Source: Saccostrea echinata (lineage: Eukaryota). Taken from it: a stretch of DNA of 64,000 bases. Location of the stretch: the NCBI RefSeq assembly GCF_033153115.1, contig NW_026889778.1:44454001-44518000 (forward strand). Reading direction: 5' to 3'. A model generated the notes under the pieces. It was not told where the DNA came from. It searched no databases and saw only the letters and a list, made by a program, of their open reading frames with translations. The translations under genes and the position numbers were made by a program. Position 1 is the first letter of the stretch, and every line of letters begins with the position of its first letter. Below, one piece after another: positions 51,366-64,000 of the stretch.

Positions 51366-54300
51366 TCTACTGAAACATGACACGAAGATATTATCATTAC
51401 GAGTTGTTAGAGTCTGCATTCATACAAGTATCCTCAAACTTTTTTGGCTTACCTGAGTTTTCTTTTTGGTCATTGTTCTTTCAAATCTTACAAGCATAAA
51501 CATCACATTAAGCTACAAATTTATTAAATTGCAATTTTTGTTTTCTTGTGTTACAATTCAAATCAAAATTATGTTTTATTGCGTTTGTCTTGTTTGCATA
51601 AATCCTCAAATACCGAGCAAGGTCGTTGAGCAATTCTAATAAAAATTTACAAAAACGAATTCTACGAACAATGTTTTAGCCTGCTTGGACCACTTGAACT
51701 TACTATTACAGCTGTATAGGGTAATGTAGAAGGACTGACGTATAGCGTACTCCTCTTGTTTTACATATTGTTGGACATAATACGAAGTGATCTAAAGCAA
51801 AAGGCCTCATTAATTCGAGAAATATTTTTAATTACCTGAAATACCGTTCTTCAGAATCAAATGCTAATGTAGTTAACATTTTTTTTATTTATGTGTATCG
51901 AATATTAATTGATTTAATTTGTTTACAATATCCTGCACTTGCTCATTTTTCCATCGCTGCGATTAAATTTGGATGATTTTTTATAGGATGAACAACTTAA
52001 TGATTATGAATTCTTAAAAAAGAGAAATTATGGGGTTTTTTTTAGAGTATTCATTATGGTCTCGGTATCTTTTTTTTCTTATTTGAAGAAATGCAGCCAA
52101 CTCTACTATTTTTCCTTAATTTTCGAAAAGTTCTTTTTCGTTATCACCAGAGAAAAATAGTTACTTTTATATTCAAAGGTTTCTAGGTTTATTTATGGTT
52201 ACGAGAGAAGCATTTTTACTTGTTTTATTTAGGCATTTCTGGACGATACTTAAAAATCAGTAGAAAAAAATTGCACATAATTAGGAAGAATGGAGGCATA
52301 TTTAAGAAATAAATGCATCTGATATCTGAATTTTATGTCTAATGACTTTAAAAGGCGATTGCTCAGATAATTGTTGAGAATAGAAAGCAACAATAAAATA
52401 TTTTTAGAATTGTGTACCAAGCCCACAATTTAAATTACCAAGGAGTTCCTTATTTTCATCAAAAGACTTGATGTTATAGGTTATAAAAATCTTATTTTTA
52501 TTTAAAACATTCTTCTAACTTTGCCTTTTTAGATTTTCCTGAATACGAATATACCTGTAGATGCAAACATTAAAAAGTTGAAGAAGCAAATTAAGCAGAA
52601 CATCTTAACACTTACTACCAGTGCCTCATCACCTACGCAATCAATGCATTGTAAAGGAAAGCAGAAAGACAAAGAGGTATAATTTTAATGTATGACAACA
52701 CAGTTTTGTATGGGTTCTAAGGTGCATTATATCATATAATGCATGTAGGTTTATGAATGTCTTATTTCTATATGAACATTTTTTATAGTGATTTTATCAT
52801 ACGCTCGTAGTTCCTCATGCTTTCATTTTTGTGTCTCTTATAATCATATTTTTACAGTCATTGTATGACATTTATTTTAACTACTAAGCACTTTAGAATA
52901 TATTTGTGATATATTAAATGGTAAAGAAATGTTTGTAGCAATAATGCGACAAAAATAATAATTACACATGTTTTCATATTTTTAAGAATCCTTTTGGTAA
53001 AAAAAAATATGCGTCATATTTCGTCCTGTAAAAAAAGCTGAACCATTAAATATTGTAATGTAAATACCATGCTTCAAAAATTTATTGAGTTCTCAAAGGC
53101 AAAGAGCAACTTTGAGAACAAATTCAGTATTCAATGGTTAATTTCAAAGGCCACTGATATGTATATTGCTAATAAATAAACTTATTTATTATTACTTAGT
53201 GATGCTGATACGGTTTACAATATACACAATCTATATGACTATATTTAAGCTTTGGAGAAACACTATTTTTGAAGATGGTAGATATCAAATTTATTGTAGA
53301 TTTGTTTGTGAAGTATCATTAAGGAAGGATTCTTCTCTGGTTTCTGACTAGATGAAATATTCAAAGTATATTTGCTTAAATGTCTTATATATTTAGATTT
53401 AAAAGATCAGATTTTCTTTCCTCATCGTAATTGTACAACTTTAAATAGAAATGGTAAACTTAGTTTGAAATCTAGCAGGGACTATATTTTTGGCGGAACG
53501 GCGGCGTATGAAAATATCTCCTTTTCTGCTTCTCAAAATCACTACAGAACAATGAATTTAGTTAAGATTTCTAAACAATTTAAGACTTAAAGAAAATTTC
53601 AAATGTAAGTAAAATTAATAATAATTGAACTGAAGTTTTAAAATATATCACATAAATATGATTTTCCAAACAAACTATAATTTTGTTTACTTTTAAAGGC
53701 TTCCAATCTAAGTACAGATTTGAGCAAAAACTCCGTAAAAAGTGTTTTTCTCTCATAGTAAACGGTCAAAACTTTTTGTTTTTCTATCAATTTGTATCTT
53801 TATATGAATACTTTACCATATGTGAAAATAAGAAAAATTTAAATATACGAAGCATATAGAAATAACTAATATATCTTAAAAATCTAAGAAAAATAGAGGA
53901 AATTTGGATTAGCCAATATCTAATTTAGTTAAATCATTCATGTCAATTTGGTACTATCATCTGATAGACCCTATATGGTAGTATCTTTTTATGCAAGAAG
54001 AAAAACATTTAATCTTTTGAAATAGAAGTAGGGTCGAATGATTGGCACCAGTAATTTTTTTTATTCTTAAGGTCAAGAAAAAACACAATGACCTTGACCT
54101 GACCTTTCTTTTAAAATAAAATGGTCAAATTTAATCTAATTGATACCATCACTTAATGATAATGTCATCTTCAATCTATGAAAATTTCATTAATTTTTGA
54201 ATAAGAGAAATATGAGAAGAATCCCTCCTTAAGAATAACATTTGGCTTTCCTTGTTATCAATTCAGGAAGATACTGGTCCACCTTGTAATTTACCACAAC

Positions 54301-54664
54301 ATAAAGACGTTTCTAAGAAGGAAAGCTTGGACCCTAATCAGACTGAAGTACGGTGAATAATACAGCATGACAAGACATCTGCATTGGGCTAAATTAGATT
54401 TTTTTAAAAGTTTATTCAATATGATATACCGGTACATTTTATGAACGTCATCGTAGTACGAAAAAATGGTTTTAAGCTAATGCATTGGTTTATTAACTTT
54501 TTTTTTATAAAACGATAATTCAAAACCTTTTTTTAAGGATTTGAACTTTAAGCATGGATATACATGTAGATCTGCATTTATGCATGGCTAATTGAATACT
54601 TTGTTGTGCAATGTTTGACACATATTTAAAGTAATGAATAACAATACATATTTGTATGACACAG

Positions 54665-55535
54665 ATTGGATTTGATGTAAAAGAATTCGACAATTTACCA
54701 TGGGAAATCGAATGTACACCATTATTTCTCAAAAAGATGACTAAACAAAAGATCTCGATGCAAATTAGACAAAAGACAGTTCAATGTATTAAAGATCTCT
54801 GAGAAGGGCATAGACGGCCAAATCTTTGTAAAAGATTAAAGCTTGAAGATTCGAAAGGCAGGACACTGTTTGAAATAAAATTGAACAAAGCAATCAGAAT
54901 TATCTGGGAGATAGCAAAAACTTTTTCACCAAGAATAAACCACACGGATGTCGCTTTTGAGGACAATGTCTTCATCTCAGAAGTTATTAGAATATGGGAC
55001 ATTGTTTTAGATCATGATAATCTAGATAGATGCGTTCAAAATATACTGAAGTCCTATTCAAGAAGCGAACAACCACAGCTACTCCATACGGGTGTAAAAG
55101 AAAAATACAAATATGATGGTGCTCAGTCTTGTCCTGTGGAAAAGCCCAAGATATTTAATTGTGATTTATCAGGAAATTATGACAAAACAGTACTTGCAGG
55201 ACTGAAAGGAGATTTTGAGAGTGTATATTTACCAATTAATCCAATTGAACATGAATTCAACATTATGAAATTTTATTCCCTCTCACCTGATTTAGTTTAT
55301 CACATAATAGAAAATCTAAATACTGAAATAGAATTCCCGTTCAAAGTGATTGACCTTGAACATACGATCATAAATATGAAAACTGAAGCCCCGATTCTTT
55401 TGGTTGGGAGGAGTGGGACAGGAAAAACAACATGCTGTTTATACAGACTTTGGAAAAAATTTGAGGTGTATTGGACACACATGGAAGGTTTAGATTTCAA
55501 TCATCAAACTTCTGATACAAACATGAAATCTAACG
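54665..55535 (+). CDS. TRANK1: TRANK1-like exon: putative RelE-like domain and helicase Walker A (contains in-frame TGA 54800-54802)
   Basis: acag|ATT GGA TTT ... AAC G|gtcagt; GRSGTGKT at 55406-55429. Confidence 0.85.
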
Positions 55536-55564
55536 GTCAGTACTAAACATTTCTTTTAAATATC

Positions 55565-57265
55565 TGATTGATTATATGTTGTTTAACGTCCCATTCGAGA
55601 ATTTTTCACTCATATACGCAGCACTGTTAAGGCCTACTTCAAAGAAATCAACAGAATATAAACGTGCATAAATACATACCTTTTTAAACTGAATTTATTT
55701 TTGTAAAGGTACTATATTATCTTATGACTTTAGCATTCTTTGAAATAACATTGTATACCCCGCTCGGTACTGAATTTGGTTTGGTCACGTTATTTGAAAG
55801 TCACGTGATAAATGCATGTAATGTGTACTGTATGTAGGTCACAAACAAATTTCAATATCGCAAGGGCATACCCTACTTAAAATTAAAAATTAAAGTAATA
55901 TATTGTTTCTACATAACTTGTAGTTTATGGAAAGTGCTGCTGCTTTAAATAGAATTCGCATTTTATTAGTTTAAATTTCAAGTTATCTGACTAATGTCGA
56001 AATATGTGTGACCTTTACCAAGTATTTTATGTATTTATTAAATTATGCTATCGATTTCAGGAAAGCAGCAGCACTTTTCAAGTTAAGGAATAAGTCCGTT
56101 ATGTGTATTCAAAAAATGGTCAAGATCTATTAAGTGTATGCCCTTGCGAAAAGGCGATTTAATGAGGCACCTCGGCGTGAACATGCACACCCTGTAGACA
56201 AAAACACGGTAGAATCAATTCAATACATTCTCTCGATATTTTTTAGATAATGGCACTAAACAAACGTTTCAGATTTGTATTAATGGTCTACCTAAGATTT
56301 GCAAATAATATTCTGTTTAATAATAAAATGCATTTTTCACTGTGAAAAAAATTATTTGATCCGCCTCTCACTGCACATAAAATGCGTCAAACTTTACCAT
56401 GATGACGTCATGTCGACAAGTGCATTGCGATCAGTGACTTGTTTATATCTTGCTGTGTGGGATTTAACTAGCGACAAAAATGAATGCAGTGGTAAGTTTT
56501 GATGTAGTTTATTACTCTTATGCAGTTTAGATTCGCGAATTATTTCATTTTCTGTTACTTTGAGGAATTGCTATATTTGTGTGATGTCACAGTAAACTTT
56601 TCCCGTAAAAATTAGGCCCCGCCCCCTTTATGCAGCCTTAAGGTCAGACGATACGTTCCTCAAATATCTGTTTTTTATATCTTCGAATTATGTGGAAAAT
56701 ATTCAAAATTTTAATTGCCTTCTGATTTATAAACAGGTTTCTTATTTTCTTTTAAAAAATGAAACACCAAAAAAATGTGATATTGGCTAATTAAGTTTTT
56801 CCCAAAAGGATTTTATAGGAAAAACATCTTCTGGTATCTTGCACAAATGCCTGGTAAGGTACCTCAATTTTTTGCAAGTAAACATGTTAGAGTATCAATA
56901 CTTCAATGACAAAATCTTAGAAAAAATTATATATTATTGAGGAACGTATCGTCTGTCCTTAACACAGCTGCGTAGGGACGTCACCATATACTGGTGAAGG
57001 GCTTCAAATTTAGACCTTTACTCGGCACTCAGGGCCATTGAGCAGTGAGTGGTTTTTTTTCGTGCCATTGCCTACCGTGACAGGGGCCTCGGTTTTTAAG
57101 GTCTCATCCGAAGGAACCGCAACTTTCACTTCAAAGTGCCAAGCGATTGGCGAAGGAACAGTTGCTACCCATTTTTATCGACTTAGGTCAGTCGCGGCTG
57201 TGATTCGAACACGCGACCTTCCGATCACGGAGTGAGCGCTTTACCGACTGAACTACCGTGACGGT
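55565..57265 (-). mobile_element. tRNA-derived SINE split by nested DNA elements (tail 55565-55616, body 56973-57265)
   Basis: Joining the halves at a TA restores ...cactcatatagggacgtcacc...; A/B-box-like motifs at 57200-57260 on the minus strand. Confidence 0.8.
56642..56958. mobile_element. TTAA-flanked Kolobok-like MITE
   Basis: ttaa|ggtcagacgatacgttcctcaa ... ttgaggaacgtatcgtctgtcc|ttaa (21/22 match). Confidence 0.9.
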
Positions 57266-57328
57266 TTAAATATTTGAAATTAAATGTTGACTGTTGTAAA
57301 AACATTATAACAATACTTTTTTTAATAG

Positions 57329-58992
57329 TTGGAGTAGAAAACAAAAAAGAAGACAACAAAGCCAATGACAACTCGATAACAGGTCCTGAAAAACATTTAC
57401 GGCAACTATTTGTAACTAAAAACCCTGTGCTTTGCCAGGAAGTCAGAAGAAATTTTATGGATATGAAGCAAGCCTGTCGAAAGTTGAAAAGTACTTTTTC
57501 ACCTAGACAACACCTTCCATCAAGGCTTCAAGATGTCGAAGATCACGAGTATCCATTATTTATGACGTTCAAAAAACTTTTAGAAGTTTTGGATGTATCC
57601 CTTGAGTTTCCTTTCTATCTACATGTAGCTAAAGATGATCTGACCGTATGTTCAGTTAAATGTTTTAAGTGTTCTTTATATTCACTAGGTTCCTTTTTTA
57701 TTCAATAATTGTTCGTGTTATATAAACATAGATCAAAAGGTGATAAAAAATATTTGAACTTTAAATGAATCCAGCATTATTTGTTTCATTCCAATTTCAT
57801 ACCTATCATTTCTTGACTTTTTTCTCTGTTTATGTCTTGAAATCATGAAGCATGCTATGAACTTTATTCTCTTCAAATTTTCCTATCTTATAGATCAACA
57901 TTCAGGGATGGAGAGTTCCTAACGATGTTGATGATCTCTCAAAGTTTCAAGATGTAGATTCAGACTTTGAAAACCTTTCAGAAGTTGATTCAGAAGATTA
58001 TACAGTAAATTCGGGTGACGAAAGGGATGCACGTAAATGTTCAGATTCTACAAATCGACGAAAAACAAGTTCCAATTATTATAAAAAACTTCTAACATAC
58101 GAAATTTTCGAGAAATGTTTTTGGACAAAGATTAACAAAGAAAAATTAAAATGTCACCCATCCCTTGTTTGGACGGAAATCATGTCATTTATTAAGGGAT
58201 CATTTGATGCTCTCTTGTCTCCAAACGGATATTTAGATCTGAAAAAGTACATGGAACTAGGAAGGAAAATGGCACCTGTTTTTACTGATGACAGGGAGAA
58301 AATATTTGAAATGTTTTTATCAGATGAAAAATTAAAGAAGCAAATGTTTTACACTGATGAAGCTGACATTGCTAGAAACATATTTCACAGGTATGTATGT
58401 ACATTTTACAATCACCCCAAACAACATTACCAACAGATTGACATAAGCACAAGAAAATAACTGGTTTCTATTTCGTTTTTTAGAATGACCAAACTAGAAA
58501 CTTCGGATTTGCTGATTCATGAGATTTATGTAGACGAAACACAAGATTTTACTCAAGCAGAAATTTGTATCCTAGTTAGAATGTGTCAAAATCCAAATGG
58601 GATTTTCTTAACAGGGGATACTGCCCAATGCATTATGCGTGGAATATCATTTAGATTTGAGGATCTTCGTTCCCTTTTCTTTCAAATAAAGAAGATCAGC
58701 CAGAGAAAGAAGGAGTTAATGTACCAGAGAAGGTTTTGAAACAAGATTCCAGTTCATATGAATTAGAAAATTAACTAAAATATTTATTACATATATAACT
58801 ATTGCACATGATTCATTTTCAGCTCTTTCACCTTACTCAAAATTATCGGTCACATGCAGGAATATTGAATCTGGCATCAAGTGTTCTTGAGGTATTAAAA
58901 GAATTTTTTCCGGAATCATATGATCACTTAGAGAAAGATGTTGCAATGATTGATGGTCCAAAACCTGTCATTTTAATCCATAGCAATTCAAA
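57329..58992 (+). CDS. TRANK1: TRANK1-like helicase core exons (four exons, SF1 motifs Ia-IV)
   Basis: QLFVTKNPVL, HPSLVWTEIMSFIKGS, VDETQD, TGDTAQ and NYRSH motifs. Confidence 0.85.
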
Positions 58993-59088
58993 GTAAGTGA
59001 CTAAGAAATATATAAACTGCATTTTAAAACTTTATAGTCACACACACACACACACCCTCACACACACACACACACATTTCATAAGAAG

Positions 59089-59289
59089 TGCGGGACCGGT
59101 CTTTCGGATGAGGCTGTATAAACCGAGGTCCCGTGTCGCAGTAGGTGCTGGCACGAAGAAGATCTCTCTCTGCTCAATGGCGCTACATGCCGAGTATAAA
59201 TTTAAATTTGTAGCCCTCCACCGGCAAGTGGTGGAGTCTCCATTTGAGTGAAAATTCTCGATGGGGACGTTAAATAACAAGAAACAAAC
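59089..59289 (+). mobile_element. 5'-truncated SINE copy next to a (CA)n microsatellite
   Basis: Matches 2025-2229; flanked by taagaagtgc on both sides (TSD). Confidence 0.85.
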
Positions 59290-59438
59290 TTAAGAAGTGC
59301 TTTTCTTCACAATTTCAAAAAATGCATCTTATGAGTCATGTTGCAATTGCTTGAAATGTGCACAGTGAGAGTGTTTCAAATATAAGCTTAGTCATACTAT
59401 TAGACGACATACATTTATTGCTCACTAACAAAACTGAA

Positions 59439-59485
<47 letters not shown>

Positions 59486-59542
59486 GAGTGTACGGCGTCC
59501 GTCTGTCGTCGATCGTCTGTAAACTTTTCACATATTCGACTT

Positions 59543-59579
<37 letters not shown>

Positions 59580-59580
59580 C

Positions 59581-59612
<32 letters not shown>

Positions 59613-60174
59613 CTTTTTCACAGGAAGTGTCGCACCCTGTTTCAAGGGGGGATATTTAATAATTCTAAAAAATTTTGTGGCATCTTTTAAAAATCTTCTT
59701 CTCAAGAACCACTGGGCAAGAAAAGATGAAACTTATGTGAAAGCTTCATTACATACTCTAGAATCAAATTTGTTCATATCATAACCCCCGGGGATAGCGT
59801 GGGGCCACAAGAGGGGGTCAAAGTTTTACATAGGAATATGTAAGAAATGTCTTTAAAAATCTTCTTCTTGAGAACAGCAAAGCCATGATTAATCATAATA
59901 TTACAGAAGTATCCTCTGGTAGTGCAGAAAGTTTGTTCCAATCAGGACTCCTGGGTTGGGCAGGGCCACAACAGGGGGGTCAAAGTTCAACATAGGAATA
60001 TACAGGAAATATCTTTAAAAATCTTCTTCTAAAGAACAGCTAAGCCATTATTAGACATATTAATAATACAGAAGTATCCTCAGGTAGTGTAGATTCAAGT
60101 TTGTTCAAAGCATGACCCCAGGGGATAAGGCGGGGCAACAGCAGTGGGTCAAGTTTTAAATAAGAATATATAGG

Positions 60175-61141
60175 TGTGATGGTTAAGGGGCATTTACGTA
60201 CAACGCATTGAAGACTTCAAATAGTGGAATGACCTGACATCCCTTCGAATGGACTAGCCTAAGGGTATATAAGACAAAGCCTTGGGAAAGTCAGGCATTC
60301 AGAAGGTAGTTGTAGAAGATGGATGATTCATCAGCAATAAAGAAGTTAAGGTATCCTATCCTAATAGCAAAAGATTCAATGAAATTGAATACATAATAAA
60401 TGGTAGGTGTTGAATACTCAGTATATTTAGACATGATTTCCATTTATTACTATTAGCATGTAAGGGTGGGATGGTCCTAATTTATGACCTTGAATTTTAG
60501 TAATTGTTATCTCCCTCTGTTTTTAATTAATTAAAAAAAATCAATTTTAAGAAACTTATCTGGTTAAAAAATCGTTTTAAGTTGTCCTTCTATTTCTAAT
60601 ATGTTTTAGTGCATTTTTCCACAAGTGAATTTATTGATATTCTTATTATTTGAATTTTTATTTTTAAAAAATTGCTCCATAGACTTCAAATCAATCTTTG
60701 TTAAATAGTTACTGCTTAGTTAAGTATATTTTTGAAACTTTCTCTTGGTAAATCCTTACTGTAAAATGCTTTAAATTAATATCAGAGTATGATGTATGTG
60801 ATGGATATTTAAGGATAGAGGATGGAAAACCTTAAGGTTAAGAGCAAAATAAAAGTTATGAACACCAGTGGCAAGTATCCTAGGGAATTGATGTTAAGCT
60901 CTGGGTGAAGTAAATCTGAAGAAGATTGACACAACTGGTTTTTATCTATCTGTGAACCTAGGGGAGAAAAACGGTGCAAGCAGTACCTTATCCACTCCTC
61001 ATCTCTAGATAAGAGAAAATTTAATTAATGTCTGATATACCCTTAGACAGACCTGTCATAATAATCATTCCAATCATTAATTCTGACAGAGTAAAAGGAA
61101 AACCTATATATCCCTTGTAAGAACCTGATCATACCATTACA
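60175..61141 (+). mobile_element. Probable solo LTR (Gypsy-like)
   Basis: TG...CA ends tgtgatggt / accattaca, 4-bp TSD tagg, TATA-like tatataa near 60266 and aataaa near 60336. Confidence 0.75.
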
Positions 61142-61344
61142 TAGGAAATATCTTTGAAATCTTCTTCCCAAGAACAACTAAGCCATTATTAGTCATATTT
61201 ATACCAAAGCATCCTTAGGTATTGTAAAATCAAGTTTGTTCAAATAATGACCCCTCAGGGGTTGGGGGCACAACAGAGAGTCAAAGTTTTTCATAAGAAT
61301 ATATAGGAATCATCTTGAAAAAATCTTTAGCCCAAGAACAGCAT

Positions 61345-62363
61345 TGTTACAAAGCAAAATGTACTAAACTGGGATTATTACATTTCATGTTATTATATTT
61401 TGCGTCGAGATCAACGCAAAATGTAATAATGCAAAATGTAATAACACGATATTTGGATTATTACGAGTGTTGGGGGGGGGGGGTCGTTGATCATTGTATC
61501 AGTTTTCTTTTGCTTTTTAATGGGCACATGCATGAAATTAGAAATCTATTTATTTATACTGGTAGGTGTAAATATAGCGGGAAGGGGATTTCTTGACAAT
61601 TAAAATTTCATACTGTTTTTCAAATCATGTGCATATCAGACCAGCAAAAATAAAATTCTCTCTCTCTTTCTCTCTCCCTAATAATAAAATGGATAGTTTC
61701 TGCATGCGCATAAAATACAATGATCAACAAATGAAGTAACCCTTACCTCCCGCTTCTCCTCGCCAGACACATACACATGCACTTCTAATTTGCTGACCGA
61801 TGTACTCATGCACGTCGTACATGCATATCAAGAGCTTTTCATGGACCCGTGGTCATTCTTTGGTAATTAAGAATTCAGTGATTCATATATAATACAGACT
61901 GGTCTATAAATAGACATGTCAATCAAAGTTAAGTTAATGTTTTAAAAGTATTAAATAAAAATTTTAGAAAAAGTTTTTTAAAAATATACAATTAGATTTA
62001 GTCATGTCCGTAAAAGCCGTAACGTTTGTCTCATAGTTATAGGTCTGTTTGTCTTTCTAGAAAATCGAGCTTCCCCATTGTTAAATCAATTTTGTGATGT
62101 TTCGCTTTGAACACAATACAAAAAAATAATTATATTTTGTTTTATTACATTTTGCGTTGTCCTCAACGCAGAAATTAAGTAACGCAAAATGTAAAAGCCA
62201 AAAAGTGCATTTTTACATTTTGCGTCGAGATCAACGCAAAATGTAATAATCCAAAAATCTTGTTATTACATTTTGCTTTTATTACATTCTGCGTTAAACT
62301 CGACGTAAAATATAATAATGCAAAATGTAATAATCCCATTTTATTACATTTTGCGTTGTAACA
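61345..62363. mobile_element. TIR DNA element with TGTTACA termini and repeated CGCAAAATGTAATAA subterminal motifs
   Basis: tgttacaaagcaaaatgta / tacattttgcgttgtaaca; flanks cagcat / tagcat. Confidence 0.8.
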
Positions 62364-64000
62364 TAGCATGATTAGTCATATTATTATAGAAGCATCCTGA
62401 GGTAGTGTAAATTTAAGTTTGCCCCCCCCCCCTCCCCTTAAAACTTTTCAATACTGAACTGATTTCTGCTTCTTCGTAGTCAGTGTGCTCTGGTGAACGA
62501 TGTGGCCCATTGGCCTCTTGTTAAAGTAAGTATTTGCAAAATTGCACGAGAGAGTAGTTTTCTTTTTCAGAACTGAATTATAAACAACAAACGTCTATAA
62601 CGGCTTGGTTTATCCTGTGCGGTATATATATCCTGGGACATTTGGTTATTTATGTATAAACATTTATGCATGAAATATATAAATGCCCTAAGGCTTATAC
62701 CATACAACTAGATGTTTATATTTGATATTTTATACAGAGATTTGAAACAACTACTGACCGGTAGGGAAAGGGAGACCTCTACTATAGAACTTGGAGCACA
62801 TCAAGTCATCCTTGTTGCAAATCAAGAGTCAAAAGAAAAACTGCAAGACAAATTCAACAAATGTCTCGTCATGACAATTGATCGTGCTAAGGGACTCGAA
62901 TTTGATGACGTTCTGCTTTACAATTTCTTTAAAGAATCTCATGTAAGAATTTATCCTTCTTATTATATTTAATTAAATAAAGAAAACAGAATATTTGGAA
63001 ATAGTTTAAAGAAAAAAATAAAATATGTAAAACTTTCTTGTATTTCATTTCTTTATGTTTTTCATACGATTCAGTGTAAATAAAACGTAGAAATATTTTG
63101 TATCTTATACATGATTTTTACCCCTTTATCGCCAGGTATTTTAGAATACATGTATAAAATTATCAAAAGCTCATGGAGACTTCCTTGACCAAAGTTTATC
63201 TTTTGGTCGTCAGTGTTTCTCTCTAACCTTAATTATCTTCTCAAGTGTAATACTTTCAAGATTATCCAGCTTTTCCTACCGAACTTCCACAAACCCACCT
63301 ATAACAGTTCTTTTTTGGCAAAAAATAAAGCTAAGGTTTTCGCATGGGATGGGACAAAACTTCCTCTATTACAGTAGTGCAAAGTAATATATAACACTAT
63401 GTTCTTATCCCAATTCATATCTACCAGGACAAGGGTGGGGTCACAATAAATAATTAGTTGATTTCAAATTTCTGCACTTAAGAATATTTTCAAAAATGGC
63501 TGGGCTCAATTAAATGAGGTCTTCATAATATAAAATAATTCTTATAAAGTATAAAGTTTGATTTCTTTACATTATGGCCCTTTTGGGCTAAGATGAGGCG
63601 CAATTGAAGGGGTTAAGTTATAAAATTTCAATATTTAAGAAAATTTCGATAAATATACTAGCATTTTTCATAGAGAACTACATGGCGAGAGTCAAATTAG
63701 CTGGCATTTATTCCGATATGTTGCATATATGAATCTTCATAATCAATCGTTTAGGGCTATTTAGGCGCTACAATGTGTTACAAAAGTTTGATAGGAAATA
63801 TTTAGTGTACGTGTATTTGAAATTTCTCAAAAAATATGGCAAAAGTTAGTTATTAAAATGTGCAGGCAACCCTATCTTGTGTATTTAAATCATATCCTAA
63901 GGATCAGTGTGGGCTACAACAGGGAGTCTTAATCAGGTTTACCACAAGAAAATATTGGATCGATTATTCTTTAAAAATTGTCAATGGTTACATACTTGCA

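Larger units (their letters stand above)
59440..62522 (+). mobile_element. Helentron-type satellite-bearing element containing two nested insertions
   Basis: 5' ttagctcacctgagccgaaggctc; 3' tggtgaacgatgtggcccattggcctcttgtt; satellite units resume after each insert. Confidence 0.85.
33550..62942 (+). pseudogene. TRANK1: TRANK1-like gene (TPR repeats, ankyrin repeats, UvrD-like SF1 helicase), 3' incomplete in this window, with disabling lesions. Exons: 33550-33795, 33941-34091, 34626-34991, 35414-35683, 36369-36673, 36840-37005, 37812-38141, 40954-41222, 42884-42974, 43482-43726, 44722-44964, 48060-48216, 49487-49752, 52533-52676, 54267-54347, 54665-55535, 57329-57645, 57894-58390, 58484-58732, 58823-58992, 62738-62942
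   Basis: GT-AG exon chain with consistent phases. Domains: TPR-like AWELYSKAL and FYLLGRSHAGLHNWIEAI; ankyrin DTKGNSVVH, DSKGDTALH and DDKGNNLFH; FDNLPWEIECT; Walker A GRSGTGKT; IYVDETQD; TGDTAQCIMRGISFRF; LTQNYRSHAGIL; MTIDRAKGLEFDDVLLYNFF. Lesions: TGA 54800-54802, frameshifts near 48155 and 58680-58720, and probably at 42884. Confidence 0.88.

Overview
AT-rich, intron-rich animal genomic DNA, most likely a bivalve mollusc. An oyster is inferred from the repeat families and gene content. There are two N-gaps (38884-39020, 48812-48961). Three loci sit in a dense field of nested transposons. (1) A minus-strand Mab-21/cGAS-like receptor (cGLR) reading frame (6151-8202) broken by three in-frame stops. 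(2) An intact minus-strand COQ2 (4-hydroxybenzoate polyprenyltransferase; CDS 15718-23010). It carries two tandem, homologous, frame-incompatible copies of one exon, neither visible in the ORF track: 19817-19947 with the Leu/Ser signature of the rhodoquinone-making isoform, and 18053-18186 with the Phe/Ala signature of the ubiquinone isoform. This indicates a mutually exclusive splicing switch between aerobic and anaerobic respiration, preceded by a non-canonical GC splice donor. (3) A plus-strand TRANK1-like gene (TPR + ankyrin + putative RelE-like domain + UvrD-like SF1 helicase) with at least 21 exons from 33550. It probably continues past the window end and has nonsense and frameshift lesions. 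Repeats include tRNA-derived SINEs, Helentron-type non-autonomous elements with ~167-bp satellite arrays, TTAA-flanked Kolobok-like MITEs, Tc1/mariner MITEs, a Sola2-like element, a Penelope-like RT fossil and a solo LTR. All exon models were read by eye, and family names come from motif recognition rather than database searches.
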